Assembly (NCBI RefSeq): GCF_001194135.2
Contig: NC_068987.1
Coordinates: forward strand, 24,047,567 to 24,111,566
Origin: Octopus bimaculoides
Lineage: Eukaryota
Direction: 5' to 3'
Length of the DNA stretch: 64,000 nucleotides
Made by a program: the position numbers and the translations under genes. Shown in pieces: positions 61,901 through 64,000 of the stretch. Numbering within the stretch: the first letter of the stretch is position 1; the number at the start of each line of letters is the position of its first letter. The notes beneath the pieces were generated by a model. It was not told where the DNA came from, searched no databases, and was given only the letters and a program-made list of their open reading frames with translations.

Positions 61901-62289
61901 TATGAGGAAGGCCTCACTTGTGCAGCTATGTCCAACAAATATATTTCGGTAGATGCTAAAAAGAGGTATGAAGAAAACATGGGTCCTGCAAGTCTTTATA
62001 TATTATACTCAGGAGTTTTACAACAGAACCAATTAAAAATGCACATATTCAGCAATATACATGAGATGATTGTTAAAATTTACAAAATATAATTACATAT
62101 TAGTTTATTTATTCATACATTTATTTTCTATATCAAGTTTATTAAATGCCTCTGATCAGAGATTTTTACAGACAAGGTGAAAATTTAGAACGGAGCTAAC
62201 ATTACTTATTTTTAACAATATTTATCTAAATATTTAACAATATGATGTCTAGCACGTTTGCACTGTTCTTGGAGGATTTTATATTTTAT

Positions 62290-62810
62290 TAAAGTGAATT
62301 GTAAATAAACACATGGAACACGAGATAAACCTATATATTTATAGAGACCGTGTCGAAACAAACTTCTCTGAATGTTCAAAATATATCAAGGCTCTCTACA
62401 AACTGATTTTATTAAAATAAGATTCTCAATAGAGAACACTGTGACAATTAATAAACAAAGAGCTATCGTATATTTAGTTTTAGTAAATAGTTTCAAAAAC
62501 TAAACATTGCTGATATTTTAACTTTCAAACAGCGATTAAACATAAATGTAAAATAACACTTACTATCAATACATCATATTGTGGGTTGTTACAACAGATG
62601 TTTGCCCTAGAAATACTAAAACATCATATTCAATAATTAGCTACTGACAATAGATCAACTTACTGATATCATTCATTCTGTATTTTCCCACAATTTGATG
62701 TCATAATATAAAAAAGGTGAACAGATCTCTGAGTATTTACACTGATATATATATAGGTTCAATAAATAAACTTGGTTGATAACATAAAACTTAGTTATAT
62801 ACTTTAATAA
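62290..62810 (-). promoter_or_regulatory. Conserved first-exon block of ZF8 (TTTCGTAAAA motif missing)
   Basis: Homologous block with donor-like GTAAGT at 62658-62663. Confidence 0.6.
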
Positions 62811-63556
62811 GATAAACCCAGTTGTAATCCAGGTAGAATGCATCAGAATATACAAGCATAGTCAGGAAAAGAAAGAAAACAACGAAGTGGAGTTGAGAGA
62901 ATTTCATTACATTGCGAGGAAGAAGCAAAAAATAATTCATCAAAAATAGAAGAGAGAGAACAGAAAAGGAGAATAGCATTAAGTGATCTTATGAAATTGA
63001 AGCAGAATGACAAATTGCAGAGCGGAAGTGTGGAGAACACTGTTTTGCATCCAAAAGAGCGAAAAGCTGAGGAAGATAAGTAACTGACTGACTATAAAGA
63101 TTAAAGAAATGTGTGTGCATGTTGAGTGTGGTGTCCTGAAGTGTGGTTGGTGTGAATAGAGCAAAAAGAGAGGGCTAGATGTAATGTGTGTGAAGATGTG
63201 GACGTGCGCATGCTGGAAATTAGGGGTTGGTTGTGAAGAGAAAGGTTACGTTTTTAGAGGAAAATAAACAGTAATAGTATGGAGGAATGCGCTGCAATAG
63301 CGCGTCGCAGTTTATGATTCCCAATTCCAGGCGACAACCCTCCAACTTATGGATCTGTTAAGTAGGCGTTGCTAGTGATGGTTTTACGAAGTCGGAGTGC
63401 AAATCCTCAACTTCTTTAAGTCCGTCTTTTACGACACGCAGAGGAAATATTGGATCTATTCTTTGACATGTTGGTCTCCACTTAGCATGAGATGATAGTA
63501 ACTTGATAATTAATCTCAGCCTTGATTAGTGTGTGTTTAATTAGAGAATTAATTGC

Positions 63557-63673
63557 AGTTAATTTTCAGATAAACACCCGCACGATTTTCACTAGGGTGT
63601 TAAGGGTTAGGGACGGAATTCCCACCCTAACACCCTAGTGAAAATCGTGCGGGTGTTAATCTGAAAATTTACC
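63557..63673. mobile_element. Second Merlin-like TTAGGG-containing MITE, 8-bp TSD
   Basis: Same TIRs as 61047; TSD TTAATTGC at 63549-63556 and 63674-63681. Confidence 0.85.
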
Positions 63674-64000
63674 TTAATTGCTATTCCCAATGCAAATGAG
63701 AGACAGGAGTTCTGTTTTGTCGCATAATGTCACAAAATGAGAGATACAGGCAGGTGTGGCCTGGAGAATTAATGTAGCCTCAGTGATTTGGTTGTTGGAC
63801 GCCCAAGAAGTATTCCGTAAATTATGTTGAGGAAAGACTTCTTTTTGTACCCCTCCCCTTTTATTTTTTTTTATTCACAGAAACCCCTGTTTTCGGGTAC
63901 GGAGATTGCGAATTTGGAAAAAAAATTGGCAAAAATTGGCATTTCAAAATTTCAATCCCCCACCTCCACCCATTCCTTCATTTTTGACGTTTATCAGAAT

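Overview
AT-rich eukaryotic genomic DNA, most likely from an octopus or related coleoid cephalopod. This is inferred from the finger style ([17 protein letters not shown]) and the SINE/RTE repeat landscape. The window is a tandem cluster of eight multi-C2H2 zinc-finger genes (labelled ZF1-ZF8 here; seven on the minus strand, ZF3 inverted), with 8-14 fingers each and no recognisable KRAB/SCAN/BTB domain. The minus-strand genes lie in ~8-10 kb duplicated units. Each unit has a conserved promoter/first-exon block (carrying an AGCCG-x3-TTTCGTAAAA motif in six of seven copies), an intron, a conserved splice acceptor (followed by a strong-context uATG in five genes), one large coding exon and a conserved 3' block. 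The paralogues show a shared acidic N-terminal leader, a near-constant C-terminal finger cassette, hypervariable recognition helices, an apparent gene-conversion tract and repeated trimming at both ends. Three genes start at the same internal helix Met after different upstream lesions. Intergenic and intronic DNA holds decayed RTE LINEs, tRNA-SINEs, mariner/maT fragments and several MITEs, including a Merlin-like MITE with telomeric TTAGGG repeats. There are three assembly gaps. All alignments and counts were done by eye.
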